Below are positions 39,266-49,838 of a DNA stretch of 64,000 nucleotides, in pieces (position 1 is the stretch's first letter; each line of letters opens with the position of its first letter). The translations under genes and the position numbers were made by a program. The notes beneath the pieces were generated by a model. It was not told the DNA's origin. It saw nothing but the letters and a program-made list of their open reading frames with translations, and did no database searches. The DNA lies in IMG/VR virus record IMGVR_UViG_3300029705_000088; one strand, 5' to 3'. The DNA is from a virus.

Positions 39266-40163
39266 TTGCCCTTATCTTAAAAATGATAAAAAATGTGTAA
39301 AATTAAATAGAGAAATGATTGTTTCTAATGGCACTTGTATTGCTTGCGAAAGTGAGAGAAATAGAACAATCACAGAGCGAGTTATTAATCATTTAACAGA
39401 GGCGTTATATGATTTTAAAATGGACAATATCGTAGGTGTATTTCTACAGGGAAGTCAGAATTATAGACTTGAAATTCCTGGGTCTGATGTAGATACTAAA
39501 CTTATTGTAACTCCCTCTTTTAAAGATTTAGCTTTAAATAATCCTCCAGTATCAACTACTCACGTTCGTGAGAATGAAGAACATACTGACTGGAAAGATA
39601 TCAGATTGTATATGGAGACATTCCGCAAGCAGAATTTAAACTTCCTTGAAATTCTTTTTACTGATTTCTGTTATGTAAATCCTACTTATTCTTATGAATG
39701 GAAACGTCTCGTAAAAGAACGTGAAGCTATCGCACGAATGAATCCTTATAGAGCGGTAAAATCTATGAAAGGTATTGCTCTTGAAAAATATCATGCAATG
39801 GAACATAGATATCCCAGTAAAATTGCAATTATTGATAAATATGGATATGACCCAAAACAAGTTTCTCACCTTGTTAGAGTAAGAGATTATATTGAAAGAT
39901 ATATTGAAGGTGAAACTTATGAAAATTGTTTGATTCCAAGTGAAAAATATTTTGACTTAATTATGGGATTAAAGAAATATTGTTATAATCTAGATAAAGC
40001 AAGAGAAATTGCCAAAGAGCATCTTGCTTGTGTAGAAGAAATGGCAGATAAATTTTGCGCTCAAATAGAAGATAAAGAAGACCCTAATATGCGAGACCTC
40101 TTACAGGATGTGTCTTATAATATTATGAAAATTTCTGTAGAAAAGGAATTAAAAAATGAATAA
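39258..40163 (+). CDS. nucleotidyltransferase (Pol-beta superfamily) domain protein
   Basis: Motif LQGSQNYRLEIPGSDVDTKLIV, of the form [GS]x(9-13)DxD. Confidence 0.5.
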   Translation: MTNCPYLKNDKKCVKLNREMIVSNGTCIACESERNRTITERVINHLTEALYDFKMDNIVGVFLQGSQNYRLEIPGSDVDTKLIVTPSFKDLALNNPPVSTTHVRENEEHTDWKDIRLYMETFRKQNLNFLEILFTDFCYVNPTYSYEWKRLVKEREAIARMNPYRAVKSMKGIALEKYHAMEHRYPSKIAIIDKYGYDPKQVSHLVRVRDYIERYIEGETYENCLIPSEKYFDLIMGLKKYCYNLDKAREIAKEHLACVEEMADKFCAQIEDKEDPNMRDLLQDVSYNIMKISVEKELKNE

Positions 40164-40866
40164 AAGACTATATATCACCGGTGATACCCATGGTGTCTTT
40201 CAACGTATTTATGATAAATTTTCCAACAGAGAAGAAAATAAAAATATCGCAATTATTATTTTAGGTGATGCTGGTTTAAATTATCAAGGGGCGCCTGATA
40301 AATATCTTAAAAAGAAAGTAAATAATACAAATCTTACTTTTTACTGCGTTCGTGGTAATCATGAAATGCGACCCACGGACGTGCCAAATATGAAGCTTAT
40401 CATAGACCCCCACACCTATGGGCCAATTTATTACGAAGATGAATATCCTAATATTAATTATCTTCACGATGGTGGATGTTATATTTTCAATGACAAGCGT
40501 TATTTGGTAATTGGTGGTTCCTATTCGGTTGATAAGTGGTATCGTATTCAAATGGGACGTAAGTGGTTTGCTAATGAACAGCTTACTATTGATGAAATGA
40601 CAGATATTGAATCTCTTTGGAAAGGTCATCATTTTGATTATGTACTGTCTCATACTTGCCCTTACTCTTGGCAGCCCACAGATTTATTTCTAAGAGGATT
40701 AAACCAAGATTCTGTAGATAATACGATGGAACTTTGGATGGATAAATTTAAAGATACTATTACTTTTGATAATTGGTGTTTTGGACACTATCATGCTGAT
40801 AGAATTATCAATACAAAGCCTTCTATCCGCATGTATTATCAAGATATTGAGGAGATTGAATTATGA
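40156..40866 (+). CDS. calcineurin-like metallophosphoesterase
   Basis: GDTHG, GDAGLNYQG and GNHE motifs. Confidence 0.55.
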   Translation: MNKRLYITGDTHGVFQRIYDKFSNREENKNIAIIILGDAGLNYQGAPDKYLKKKVNNTNLTFYCVRGNHEMRPTDVPNMKLIIDPHTYGPIYYEDEYPNINYLHDGGCYIFNDKRYLVIGGSYSVDKWYRIQMGRKWFANEQLTIDEMTDIESLWKGHHFDYVLSHTCPYSWQPTDLFLRGLNQDSVDNTMELWMDKFKDTITFDNWCFGHYHADRIINTKPSIRMYYQDIEEIEL

Positions 40867-41183
40867 TTATTATTCATTCATTTAATGCATTTCCTTACGC
40901 AATTCCTTGTGCTATTTTAATGGTTATTGGTATTATTATAGCTACAATAAGTATAACTTCTGCCTTTATGTGGAATAAAGATGATAAATATATTAATCTT
41001 ACTGCAATTGGAATATGCTTAGGAATTGCATTAACTATATTTCCTATACCTATTGGAGTCATGTCAGAAACACGTCATCAAATTATTATAAATGAAAATA
41101 CATCATTTGTAGAAGTCCAACAGAAATATGAGATTATTGAACAAAGAGGAATAAGTTATATTGTAAAAGATATTGATACTTAA
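40863..41183 (+). CDS. small membrane protein
   Basis: Two hydrophobic segments. Confidence 0.4.
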   Translation: MIIIHSFNAFPYAIPCAILMVIGIIIATISITSAFMWNKDDKYINLTAIGICLGIALTIFPIPIGVMSETRHQIIINENTSFVEVQQKYEIIEQRGISYIVKDIDT

Positions 41184-41198
41184 GTATCAATATCTTTT

Positions 41199-41245
41199 TT
41201 GATTTTTATAAAAAAATATGATATAATATATATAGAAAAGTTAAG
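41199..41245 (+). promoter_or_regulatory. conserved phage promoter
   Basis: TTGATT at 41199, TATAAT at 41222. Confidence 0.55.
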
Positions 41246-41294
41246 AAAGCAATAATAAAAAATAATACTTATTTATCAAACACAATATCTTATA

Positions 41295-41340
41295 TTGATT
41301 TTTATAAAAAAATATGATATAATATATATAGAAAATAAGA
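41295..41340 (+). promoter_or_regulatory. conserved phage promoter
   Basis: TTGATT at 41295, TATAAT at 41318. Confidence 0.55.
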
Positions 41341-41355
41341 AAAGAGGAAAAAATA

Positions 41356-41598
41356 ATGACAAAGAATGAAATGGTAATTGAAATCCTTAATGCTCATAAT
41401 TGTTTAACCTCTAAAGAAATTGCTAATTTTATTTGGCGTAAATTTGAAGAAATTGTTTCTCCGGCATCTGTATCTGGCGTGCTTAGACCTATGTATGCGG
41501 CAGGATTTATTGCTAAAGGTAAAAATCTTCATGGTTCTACTGTTTATTGGTTAGCTGGAAAAGATGAAAATAAAGTTAAAGTAAATAAGTATATGTAA
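41356..41598 (+). CDS. small protein, possible winged-helix
   Basis: ORF after promoter 41295-41340. Confidence 0.4.
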   Translation: MTKNEMVIEILNAHNCLTSKEIANFIWRKFEEIVSPASVSGVLRPMYAAGFIAKGKNLHGSTVYWLAGKDENKVKVNKYM

Positions 41599-41611
41599 GG
41601 AGAAATTAAAT

Positions 41612-41815
41612 ATGATTACTTGCGGTCCTGAATGTACTCCATGTTGCGATTTTTGTATTCATTGTCTTCATGATGAATATGAAGATAATGGAAAAATTAT
41701 TGTTGGCGGTCCAATTGGATGCATACTTTGGAATGATGACGAACATCAAGATTTAGCGATTGCTTGCGCTTATTGTGATGATTTTCATTGTTTCCGAGCA
41801 AAAGGAGAAAAGTGA
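41612..41815 (+). CDS. small Cys-rich protein
   Basis: Multiple CxxC motifs. Confidence 0.4.
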   Translation: MITCGPECTPCCDFCIHCLHDEYEDNGKIIVGGPIGCILWNDDEHQDLAIACAYCDDFHCFRAKGEK

Positions 41816-42144
41816 TGTATAAAAGAGGACTATGGGTAGATGATGTTAGAATGCCGCCTGAAGAGTTTTATTATCAAGGCGTGTTAGTTCATTGGGAAAG
41901 AGCTTGGGATGTTGAAGGAGCTAAACAAGCAATTGAAGAGCATGAGCAGTATAATTACCGCTATGACTTGCTGAGTGTAGACCATGATGCTGGAGATTAC
42001 GGTCCACCTGATTATATTGAACTTCTCAACTGGCTTGAGGAAACTGGCCGCAATTATCCTATTAGAATCCATTCTATGAACGTGGTCGGACGTGGTAATA
42101 TGAGACGAATCATTCGTAAAAATGGATGGAAAGAAATAGATTAA
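41815..42144 (+). CDS. hypothetical protein
   Basis: ATG at 41815 with RBS aaggagaaaag. The ORF-track start at 41788 is an upstream in-frame extension. Confidence 0.4.
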   Translation: MYKRGLWVDDVRMPPEEFYYQGVLVHWERAWDVEGAKQAIEEHEQYNYRYDLLSVDHDAGDYGPPDYIELLNWLEETGRNYPIRIHSMNVVGRGNMRRIIRKNGWKEID

Positions 42145-42175
42145 TTATAAAAATCTTAAAAAAGGATTGATATAA

Positions 42176-43063
42176 ATGAATTTTTATATAGATTTTGAAG
42201 CAAATCAATTCTCCGATAGAATTATTTCTATTGGTTGTGTATCAGAAAGTAATAAAACTTTTTATACTTTAGTAAAACCTTCTAAGGATAAAGAAAAACT
42301 TACAAATTTTATTATTGAACTTACAGGAATTACTAATGAAATGATTGAAACCGCTCCAACAGCAGATGAAGCTTTTAATCTTTTCTTTAATTGGATTCTT
42401 GAAAATGGTGGTAATGAACCGCCACATTATTTCTGTTATGGTAATAGTGATAAAGATTTTATTACTAAAACTGTGAGATATATGAAAGATTTACGAGCAA
42501 TTACTTTTGCGCTTTCTATTCAAGCTGCTATAGAAGATTATGCGACTCAAGTTAAGATTTTCTTTAATAGTTCATCGCCTATTGCTCTTAATAGAGTATA
42601 TAATTTTATGAATGGAAATCTTGAAAAACAAAATCATAATGCACTTGAAGATGCACAAATGCTTCAGTATGTAATAAAACATTTATCTGGAAAATGTAGT
42701 CCTAAAGATATTGCTTCTCTTCCCGCTTCTGTAAACCATAGAAAGCCAGGCAAAAAAGCTCCTGCTATTTTTAATGAGTGGGCAAACGGTAAAGGTCAAT
42801 GTTGGAAAGTTAATACACGAGCATTTCCCAGTGATTATTTTATTTATGCTTATAATAGAAATAATGGACAAATTAAATATTTTGACAGTTATGAAACCGC
42901 AGCTTTGTGGATGTTAAAATATTTTGCCAATAATCTTTCACTCAGTCCTAAGAATCCTGACCATATAGCAAAAATTGAAGATAAAATTAAAAATGCTGTT
43001 GAATCTAAAAAAGAATATTATGGAATGGTCTGGCGTATTAAGGAAGAAGATAACGAATGTTGA
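42176..43063 (+). CDS. DEDD-type 3'-5' exonuclease (DnaQ-like)
   Basis: FYIDFEAN (exo I) and HNALEDAQML (exo III) motifs. Confidence 0.5.
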   Translation: MNFYIDFEANQFSDRIISIGCVSESNKTFYTLVKPSKDKEKLTNFIIELTGITNEMIETAPTADEAFNLFFNWILENGGNEPPHYFCYGNSDKDFITKTVRYMKDLRAITFALSIQAAIEDYATQVKIFFNSSSPIALNRVYNFMNGNLEKQNHNALEDAQMLQYVIKHLSGKCSPKDIASLPASVNHRKPGKKAPAIFNEWANGKGQCWKVNTRAFPSDYFIYAYNRNNGQIKYFDSYETAALWMLKYFANNLSLSPKNPDHIAKIEDKIKNAVESKKEYYGMVWRIKEEDNEC

Positions 43064-43626
43064 CAATTATTTTAATGTTAATGGGTTCAATGCTCTATCT
43101 TATTATTAGAATGTTAATAGATTTTGCAGAGGACGATTTAGATACTAAAATAAAAAAAGCAAATGAGGCAGTTGATTTAATAATGAATAAACCTTTAAAA
43201 ATTTCATTTGAAAGATTTAAAAGTCTATATACAATGAATCCAAAAGCTTGGAATATTGAATCTGAAAGTATTGTAAAATATAGTTATGATACAAAAGAAA
43301 CTCAATGGAGTCCTATGCTTAATGACTATAAAGAATATACTGTACCAAAACATCAATATTTTGAATTTGGATATTTTGATTCTTTTAAATACACAAGATG
43401 GCGTAAAAAGCAATTAGCAATGTATCCTGAAGAGTTAGTAGAAGCATTCCAGAAAGACATAGATAATTATAAAGAAAAAGCAGCAAAAGAATTAGAAAAT
43501 CAAGTAAAACGAATTGAACAATATATGGATTGTTATGATGATAATGATGAACAATGGAAGGAGAATTTAAAAAATGTCTTACTGCGGATTTGTAACCGAA
43601 TTGAAGAACGTAAGAAAGCACAGTAA
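43057..43626 (+). CDS. hypothetical protein
   Basis: ORF overlapping the neighbouring genes by a few codons. Confidence 0.45.
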   Translation: MLTIILMLMGSMLYLIIRMLIDFAEDDLDTKIKKANEAVDLIMNKPLKISFERFKSLYTMNPKAWNIESESIVKYSYDTKETQWSPMLNDYKEYTVPKHQYFEFGYFDSFKYTRWRKKQLAMYPEELVEAFQKDIDNYKEKAAKELENQVKRIEQYMDCYDDNDEQWKENLKNVLLRICNRIEERKKAQ

Positions 43627-44980
43627 TGCTGACCGATTGCTGCTTGGTGATTGTTTTGGTAATACTGTTTGCGTTGGTTTAAATTACACTGAAGGTCAGT
43701 TAGGAGTATATTTCCCCTGCGATGGCCAGCTTTCCGAAGAATTTGCGAAGGCAAATAATCTTTTACGACTTAAAGATGAAAATGGTCATTCCATTCCTGG
43801 CGGCGGATACATGGACCCTGATAAGAGAAATGTAACCGCAATTAAGCTTCGTGGTGAAAAATCTGATGGTCTTTTCCTCCCTCTTGATTGCCTTAAACCT
43901 TTTGGTGATATTACCAAGCTTCATGCTGGTGACCATATTGATGTTTTTAATGGGCATGAAATTTGTAAAAAATATATTCCTAAGTCTAATAAGCGTAATT
44001 CTGCACCTTCTGGTGTAAATAAGAGAACTCGTAAGCGCGCAATGATTGCGCAAGTTCCTACTTTTTACGAACATAAAGATACTGAACAGCTCGCGTACAA
44101 TCTTGAAGCTTTCAAGCCGGGTGATTATATTGAAATTACTTTGAAGATGCACGGAACTAGTCAGAGAACTGGTAATCTTCCTGTAATTACTTATAAGAGA
44201 AATTGGTTTGATAAGTTATTTAATCTTGAAGGTAAGCCTGTTTCCAATAGAGAATGTATTTCTGGTACTCGCCGCACTGTGCTCCATTCTTATGATGGTG
44301 GATATTATGGTGATAATGAATTCAGAGAAAAGTACAATCGTTTCTTTAATGGAAAACTTTGGAAAGGTGAAACTGTTTACTATGAAGTAATTGGTTTTAC
44401 TGATAAGGGTGTTCCGATTATGAGTGACTGTAGTAATGCTAAAACCAAAGACGAAGAGTTTATTAAGCAGTATGGTGAAACTACTAGATTCTCCTATGGT
44501 TGTCGCCCAGATGGTGATGAATCTCAAATGTATACCAATGAAGAAAATAGTATTTGGTCTGTATCTTCTATCTATGTATATCGTATGACTATGGTAAATG
44601 AAGATGGTGATGTAGTAGAATATACCCCTGATTTTATGCGTTATCGTTGTGAGCAGATGGGTGTAAAATGCGTTCCTGTATTCTGGTCTGGTATTATCCC
44701 CGAAAATCCTGCGTCCGCAGATGATGATACCATTACTGCTGGAGAGTGGGTAAAGAATAAGGCAGAACAGTTCTATGATGGACCTGACCCTATTGGTAAG
44801 ACTCATGTGCGTGAAGGTGTTGTTGTAAGAATTATTAATCGTCCGATTTTTACTGCTTACAAACATAAGAATTTTAATTTTAAGGTGCTTGAAGGTATTG
44901 TAAAAGCCGATGCTGAAGCACCTGATATGGAAGAAGCAGAGGTATTAGTTGAGGAGGAAAATCTTGAGATTAACAACTAA
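43574..44980 (+). CDS. ATP-dependent RNA ligase (Rnl2/Rnl5-like nucleotidyltransferase fold with N-terminal domain)
   Basis: Motif I lysine in the context LKMHGTSQRTG (compare T4 Rnl2 EKIHGTN), preceded by an extra N-terminal domain of about 180 aa. Confidence 0.5.
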   Translation: MSYCGFVTELKNVRKHSNADRLLLGDCFGNTVCVGLNYTEGQLGVYFPCDGQLSEEFAKANNLLRLKDENGHSIPGGGYMDPDKRNVTAIKLRGEKSDGLFLPLDCLKPFGDITKLHAGDHIDVFNGHEICKKYIPKSNKRNSAPSGVNKRTRKRAMIAQVPTFYEHKDTEQLAYNLEAFKPGDYIEITLKMHGTSQRTGNLPVITYKRNWFDKLFNLEGKPVSNRECISGTRRTVLHSYDGGYYGDNEFREKYNRFFNGKLWKGETVYYEVIGFTDKGVPIMSDCSNAKTKDEEFIKQYGETTRFSYGCRPDGDESQMYTNEENSIWSVSSIYVYRMTMVNEDGDVVEYTPDFMRYRCEQMGVKCVPVFWSGIIPENPASADDDTITAGEWVKNKAEQFYDGPDPIGKTHVREGVVVRIINRPIFTAYKHKNFNFKVLEGIVKADAEAPDMEEAEVLVEEENLEINN

Positions 44981-45254
44981 AAAAACTTTAATTAATTGTT
45001 TAGCTTTAACTATTGTTTTTGTAATTATTACTTCTATTTTTTCTATGATTTCTATGGAAATTGAAAAAAATTGTTTAGATATTTCTATGAAACAAATGGA
45101 AAATAATGATGAAGTAATTCGTATGATTAATGACTTAAATGCTATAAGAACATTTACTAATACTACTTATTATATTATAACTGGTTTAATAGGATTTGGT
45201 ATTGGATATAATATATATGTATTATTTACTGATAAATATGAATTACATAATTAA
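44949..45254 (+). CDS. small membrane protein
   Basis: Hydrophobic N-terminal half. Confidence 0.4.
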   Translation: MRRKILRLTTKKTLINCLALTIVFVIITSIFSMISMEIEKNCLDISMKQMENNDEVIRMINDLNAIRTFTNTTYYIITGLIGFGIGYNIYVLFTDKYELHN

Positions 45255-45509
45255 AGGAGGATAAAACAATGATGAGGGCAACTATTGAATATAGTTATAT
45301 TGAAGATGGTTCTTATGTTTATAGAACTTTAATTGAGTAGGAAGCAGACCTTCTCTATGATATTGAACTGCCAGGAGCAGCAAGAAGTCGTATTACTTGC
45401 ATTTTTAAAAATAAAGAACATTTTTATCAAACATTACATAAATTAAATACAGAATCTAAATGTAGAGTATCACTTGTTAGATATAAAAATATTAAAGGAG
45501 TATAATATA

Positions 45510-46457
45510 ATGAATAAGTTTTTTAAGTTCTCTATTCTCGCGTGTCTGATGATTATTACTATTTTTACTTGCGCATCTTGCGTTAAGCCGTACGATAAGC
45601 CTGAGTTTAAGACTCTTGAACCTTCGCAGACTGGTTTCCTCGTATCATTGATTGGCGATTCTGAAAATCAGGCAACATTTGAATCAGAAGAACTGCTTGC
45701 GCAGGCTAAGGTAGCTACTAAGGAAATTCAGATTCCGCATCGTTGGGTTCAGACTGGCAGATGGAATTGGGTTGGTAAGTGGAAACCTACTGCGACTCTG
45801 ATTGTAGTTGAACGCAAGCCTGTGTCTCGCTCTTGGGAATCTGGTAATTCTACTGAGACATCTGTTCGTGCTATTTTTGGTGAGACATCTGATGCTATTG
45901 GTGTATATGTTGGTATGAACTGTACTGCTATGATTGAAGAAAAGGATGCCGCAAAGTTCTTGTATCGTTATAATAACACTCCTCTTGATATTATTATTGA
46001 CAATGATATTAAGAAGATGGTAGAAGGCGAATTTAATAATATTGTTGGTGATTATAAGTCTACTGAGCTTCATGACCATAAGGATGAAGTTATTCAGCAT
46101 ATTAAGGACACTGTAATTCCTTATTTTAAAGAATATGGCATTACTATTACTGTTCTTGGTTTTAAGGAAGGTATTTCTTTTGAAAATCCTGCTATTCAGG
46201 AAGCTCTTGACCAGAAATTTGCGTCTGAACAGGACCTTGTAATTCAGCAGAATAAAAATGAAGCAGCTCTTGCTAAGGCAGAGGCCGATGCAGAAGCTAT
46301 TATTATTGCGGCTAAGGCTCAGGCAGAGGCTAACCGCCTGCTCGCAAATTCTATTACTGATGAAATTCTTGAACAGATGTATTATGATAAGTGGAATGGT
46401 GTTCTGCCTTCTGTTTATGGCGCCGAAGGAACGCTTATGCAGGTACCCAATAACTAA
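45510..46457 (+). CDS. SPFH/band-7 domain lipoprotein-like protein
   Basis: Signal peptide with Cys (FTCASC), SPFH-like core and a C-terminal Ala/Glu-rich coiled-coil. The ORF-track start at 45474 is also possible. Confidence 0.5.
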   Translation: MNKFFKFSILACLMIITIFTCASCVKPYDKPEFKTLEPSQTGFLVSLIGDSENQATFESEELLAQAKVATKEIQIPHRWVQTGRWNWVGKWKPTATLIVVERKPVSRSWESGNSTETSVRAIFGETSDAIGVYVGMNCTAMIEEKDAAKFLYRYNNTPLDIIIDNDIKKMVEGEFNNIVGDYKSTELHDHKDEVIQHIKDTVIPYFKEYGITITVLGFKEGISFENPAIQEALDQKFASEQDLVIQQNKNEAALAKAEADAEAIIIAAKAQAEANRLLANSITDEILEQMYYDKWNGVLPSVYGAEGTLMQVPNN

Positions 46458-46697
46458 TAATAAAGGAGAATAAAACAATGTTTAGAAATAAGACTTATGT
46501 AGAACTAAGACTTGCAGCTCTTCGCAGAAATCCTGTAGAGAACTGTAGACTCATTAAGAAATGGGAACGTCTGCTTAGACGTTATGAAAATGATTGATTA
46601 TATCAGAACAAATATTGAACCACTCCATTTCCGATATGTAGGAACTAAAGCTGATTTTTATAAATATCAAAAAAATTAGTTTTACAATGGATAGTTA

Positions 46698-46883
46698 ATG
46701 TATTGTACAGACACACAGGAAATATATTGTTATAATGATAACAAATGGTTTTTAGTAGATAAATATAATAATTCTAATGTGGGAATAAAAGATAAAGAAA
46801 CTAAACCATTAATTTGTAAATGCTGTGGTGGTCAAATGGATAATCAATATTATTGTTCATTTTGTGATACACATTATATTTAA
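46698..46883 (+). CDS. small zinc-ribbon protein
   Basis: Two CxxC pairs. Terminator at 46885-46908. Confidence 0.4.
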   Translation: MYCTDTQEIYCYNDNKWFLVDKYNNSNVGIKDKETKPLICKCCGGQMDNQYYCSFCDTHYI

Positions 46884-46884
46884 G

Positions 46885-46908
46885 GAGCGAAAACATCGCT
46901 CCTTTTTT
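46885..46908 (+). terminator. rho-independent terminator
   Basis: ggagcga-aaac-atcgctcc hairpin plus T6. Confidence 0.55.
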
Positions 46909-46950
46909 GATTTTTATAAAAAAATATGATATAATATATATAGAAAATAA
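46907..46950 (+). promoter_or_regulatory. conserved phage promoter (drives Thg1-like / NAD operon)
   Basis: TTGATT at 46907, TATAAT at 46930. Confidence 0.55.
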
Positions 46951-46953
46951 AAA

Positions 46954-47817
46954 ATGAAAGGAAATAATATGATGCCTGTACATGATGACCTCGGGACTCG
47001 CATGAAAGAATTCTATGAACAAGTCCCCAAGTTTCGTTTGACACGCCGCACTCCTGTAGCAATTCGTCTTGATGGTAAAGCATTTCATACCTTTACTAAA
47101 GGTTTTAAGAAACCGTTTGATGAAGTGTTGGGAAAAGCAATGCGAGATACTATGAAATATCTTTGTGAAAATATTCAAGGTTGTGTACTTGGTTATACGC
47201 AATCGGATGAAATTACTTTAATTTTAATTGATTATCAAACATTGACAACAGATGCTTGGTTTAATTATGAAATTCAAAAGATGTGCTCTATCGCCGCTTC
47301 TATGGCAACTATGGCTTTTAATAAGTTTTTTAAAACTGAAGTTGATAAATTTTATTATAATCATGTTTTTCCCAATGACCCTCAAGTAGAATATTATCAA
47401 GCATATCGCGATTCGGAGTATAAAGGCGCAATGTTTGATGCCCGTTGTTTTAATATTCCAAAAGAAGAAGTAGCTAATCTAATCTATTGGCGTCAGCTTG
47501 ACGCTTCTCGCAACTCCATCCAGATGGTTGGCCAAGCTAATTTCTCTCACAAAGAGCTTCAGAACAAATCTTGTAATGACATTCAAGATATGCTAATGCT
47601 TCAGAAAAGTATTAATTGGAATGACTATCCAACTCATTTAAAACGTGGTGCTTGTTGCATTAAAGTTCCTGATAAAATTGAATTTATTGAACATGAATCT
47701 GAATGGGGTGGCCCAGTCCAAGTTGCGCAAAGACACTGGAAATGGGAAATTGATTTGAATATTCCTATTTTTAAAGGCGAAGATAGAAATTATATTGAAC
47801 AATTTATTTATGTATAA
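46954..47817 (+). CDS. Thg1-like 3'-5' nucleotidyltransferase (tRNA-His guanylyltransferase family)
   Basis: RLDGKAFHTFTKGF and GYTQSDEITLIL match the Thg1 catalytic blocks (RIDGKKFHEF; AFGESDEYSFIL). Confidence 0.5.
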   Translation: MKGNNMMPVHDDLGTRMKEFYEQVPKFRLTRRTPVAIRLDGKAFHTFTKGFKKPFDEVLGKAMRDTMKYLCENIQGCVLGYTQSDEITLILIDYQTLTTDAWFNYEIQKMCSIAASMATMAFNKFFKTEVDKFYYNHVFPNDPQVEYYQAYRDSEYKGAMFDARCFNIPKEEVANLIYWRQLDASRNSIQMVGQANFSHKELQNKSCNDIQDMLMLQKSINWNDYPTHLKRGACCIKVPDKIEFIEHESEWGGPVQVAQRHWKWEIDLNIPIFKGEDRNYIEQFIYV

Positions 47818-47829
47818 GAGGTAAAATAT

Positions 47830-48363
47830 ATGGAAAAGATTATTATTGTAGTTGATATGCAGAATGATTTTATTAATGGCTCTCTTGGAACTCCAGAAGC
47901 TCAAGCTATTGTTCCTAAGATGGCAAAAATGCTTAATGAAATTGAAGATAATGTAACAGTAATTTTTACTAAAGATACTCATTATGATGATTATCTTAAT
48001 ACGCCAGAAGGAAAGAAGTTGCCTGTGCCGCATTGTATTAAGGATACTGAAGGTTGGAATATTCCCGATGAATTGACTGCACCATTCTGTTATTCTCCTT
48101 TGGTAATTGAAAAACCCACTTTTGGCTCTCTGGAACTCATGGATTATATTAAAGATATTGCCAATGATTATAATTGGGATGTAGAGCTTCAATTTTGCGG
48201 CCTTTGTACTGATATCTGCGTAGTTTCTAATGTGCTTGCCGCCAAGATATTTTTCCCAGATATTAAAATTAGTGTATTGGCAGATATGTGCGCTGGTGTA
48301 ACTCCTGAGAAGCATGAAGCCGCTCTTGAAACTATGAGAAGTTGCCAAATTGAGGTAATTTAA
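47830..48363 (+). CDS. pncA: nicotinamidase / isochorismatase-family hydrolase
   Basis: IIVVDMQNDFINGSLG N-terminus and a catalytic Cys region, as in PncA. Confidence 0.55.
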   Translation: MEKIIIVVDMQNDFINGSLGTPEAQAIVPKMAKMLNEIEDNVTVIFTKDTHYDDYLNTPEGKKLPVPHCIKDTEGWNIPDELTAPFCYSPLVIEKPTFGSLELMDYIKDIANDYNWDVELQFCGLCTDICVVSNVLAAKIFFPDIKISVLADMCAGVTPEKHEAALETMRSCQIEVI

Positions 48364-48364
48364 T

Positions 48365-48709
48365 ATGAATGAAGAACTCAAACGAATTTTAAACGCTAAA
48401 AACATTGAAGAGAAATTAAATGAAGTAAAAAAAGCAGTAGAAATTGCTGAAGAAATTCAAAATGGTAAATTTATATATTGTAAAAAATGTGATGATTATT
48501 ATTTAAGTAAATCTTTTTTTACAGAACAAGAAATAATTGAAGAAAATGTATGTGTTTATTCTGACCCAAATGGTAGTAGTGGAGATGAGTATAAAAAGCA
48601 AAAGGTAAGATATACTTATAAAATTTGTCCAAAAGGATGTAAGCATACTGTAAACAGAGAAGAACATTGGCTTGAATCTAATCCAAATCGCATGCCACAG
48701 TTTGATTAA
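48365..48709 (+). CDS. zinc-ribbon protein
   Basis: CxxC...CxxC motif. Confidence 0.4.
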   Translation: MNEELKRILNAKNIEEKLNEVKKAVEIAEEIQNGKFIYCKKCDDYYLSKSFFTEQEIIEENVCVYSDPNGSSGDEYKKQKVRYTYKICPKGCKHTVNREEHWLESNPNRMPQFD

Positions 48710-48722
48710 GAGGTGTTTATTA

Positions 48723-49031
48723 ATGGGTAGTCCAGAATATGCTTATAAGCAAATGTTAAGAGAAATTCTTAAACAGTTTAACCGAGCTTCGCCTCTTCCA
48801 GAAAATGAATTAGTATATGCAACATGTATTGTTAATAAAAATGTGGAAGAATTAGAGACTTTAGTAAAAGAAGCATTTCCAGACAATATGACATATAAAC
48901 TATTTATGGCTGGTGTGGGTATGGCGCATTGGATTGAACATGAAAATATAGACCAAATAAATGCTGGCGCAGGTATGATTGAAGAAATATATAAATTGTT
49001 AGGAATTATAGAACCGGAGGAAAAAGAATGA
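48723..49031 (+). CDS. hypothetical protein
   Basis: ATG at 48723 with RBS aagaggtg. The ORF-track start at 48672 overlaps the previous gene. Confidence 0.4.
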   Translation: MGSPEYAYKQMLREILKQFNRASPLPENELVYATCIVNKNVEELETLVKEAFPDNMTYKLFMAGVGMAHWIEHENIDQINAGAGMIEEIYKLLGIIEPEEKE

Positions 49032-49576
49032 CTAATGTAATTTTGTTTAGAGCGCAACCTTTTCATAATGGACATTTATATATGGTAAAAAAAGCTCTTA
49101 GTGATGGTTTAATTAATAATAATGATGTTCATATTTTTATCGGTAGTGCTGATAAATCTGGAACTATTAGAAATCCTATTCCTATTAATGAACGATTATC
49201 TTTGGTAAAAGGTTCTATTTATCAAGAAATAAAATCTGATTTTCATAAGCATATTTTTATTCATGCCCTAAATGACCAAAATGATGAAGGTCATAATACT
49301 CATGAATGGGGCGAATATTTATATAATAATATGATAAATAAAACTTTTGATGAATTTCTAACACTTTATTATATTGATGAACCAGAAATTCCTCTTAGTT
49401 GGTTTGGCCCGAAAGAAAGAGAGTATATTAGTTTTAAATTTATTCCTCGGGTTCATAATATTAGCGGAACTGACGTGCGGTTTGCTATTAAACACGATGA
49501 ATTGGAAAGCTTGCGCAAGATGGTTCCTGAGTATGTTTATGCTCATAGAGAAGAAATTAAGAGGTACTTAAAATAA
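49028..49576 (+). CDS. nicotinamide/nicotinate mononucleotide adenylyltransferase (NadM/NadD-type cytidylyltransferase fold)
   Basis: FRAQPFHNGHLYMV matches the (H/T)xGH nucleotidyltransferase motif of the NMNAT family. Confidence 0.5.
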   Translation: MTNVILFRAQPFHNGHLYMVKKALSDGLINNNDVHIFIGSADKSGTIRNPIPINERLSLVKGSIYQEIKSDFHKHIFIHALNDQNDEGHNTHEWGEYLYNNMINKTFDEFLTLYYIDEPEIPLSWFGPKEREYISFKFIPRVHNISGTDVRFAIKHDELESLRKMVPEYVYAHREEIKRYLK

Positions 49577-49750
49577 TGTTTTTTAAAAAACGCTATTATA
49601 AAATTATTTATGAGTGGTTTGGTGATAAAAAATATGGCATATATTTAGCAAGGAATGCTGAAGGAGCCATTAAACAATTAAAAAAAGACCACTGTTGCGC
49701 CGTCCCCCTTTCTATTGAAATAATTTATGATATGGATGTATAAAAATAAA

Positions 49751-49776
49751 GGTTCTGTATATACAGAACCTTTATT
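49751..49776 (+). terminator. rho-independent terminator
   Basis: ggttctgtatatacagaacc palindrome plus T-rich stretch. Confidence 0.5.
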
Positions 49777-49820
49777 GATTTTTATAAAAAAATATGATAT
49801 AATATATATAGAAAATAAGA
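49775..49820 (+). promoter_or_regulatory. conserved phage promoter
   Basis: TTGATT at 49775, TATAAT at 49798. Confidence 0.55.
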
Positions 49821-49838
49821 AAAAAGGAATTTATAAAA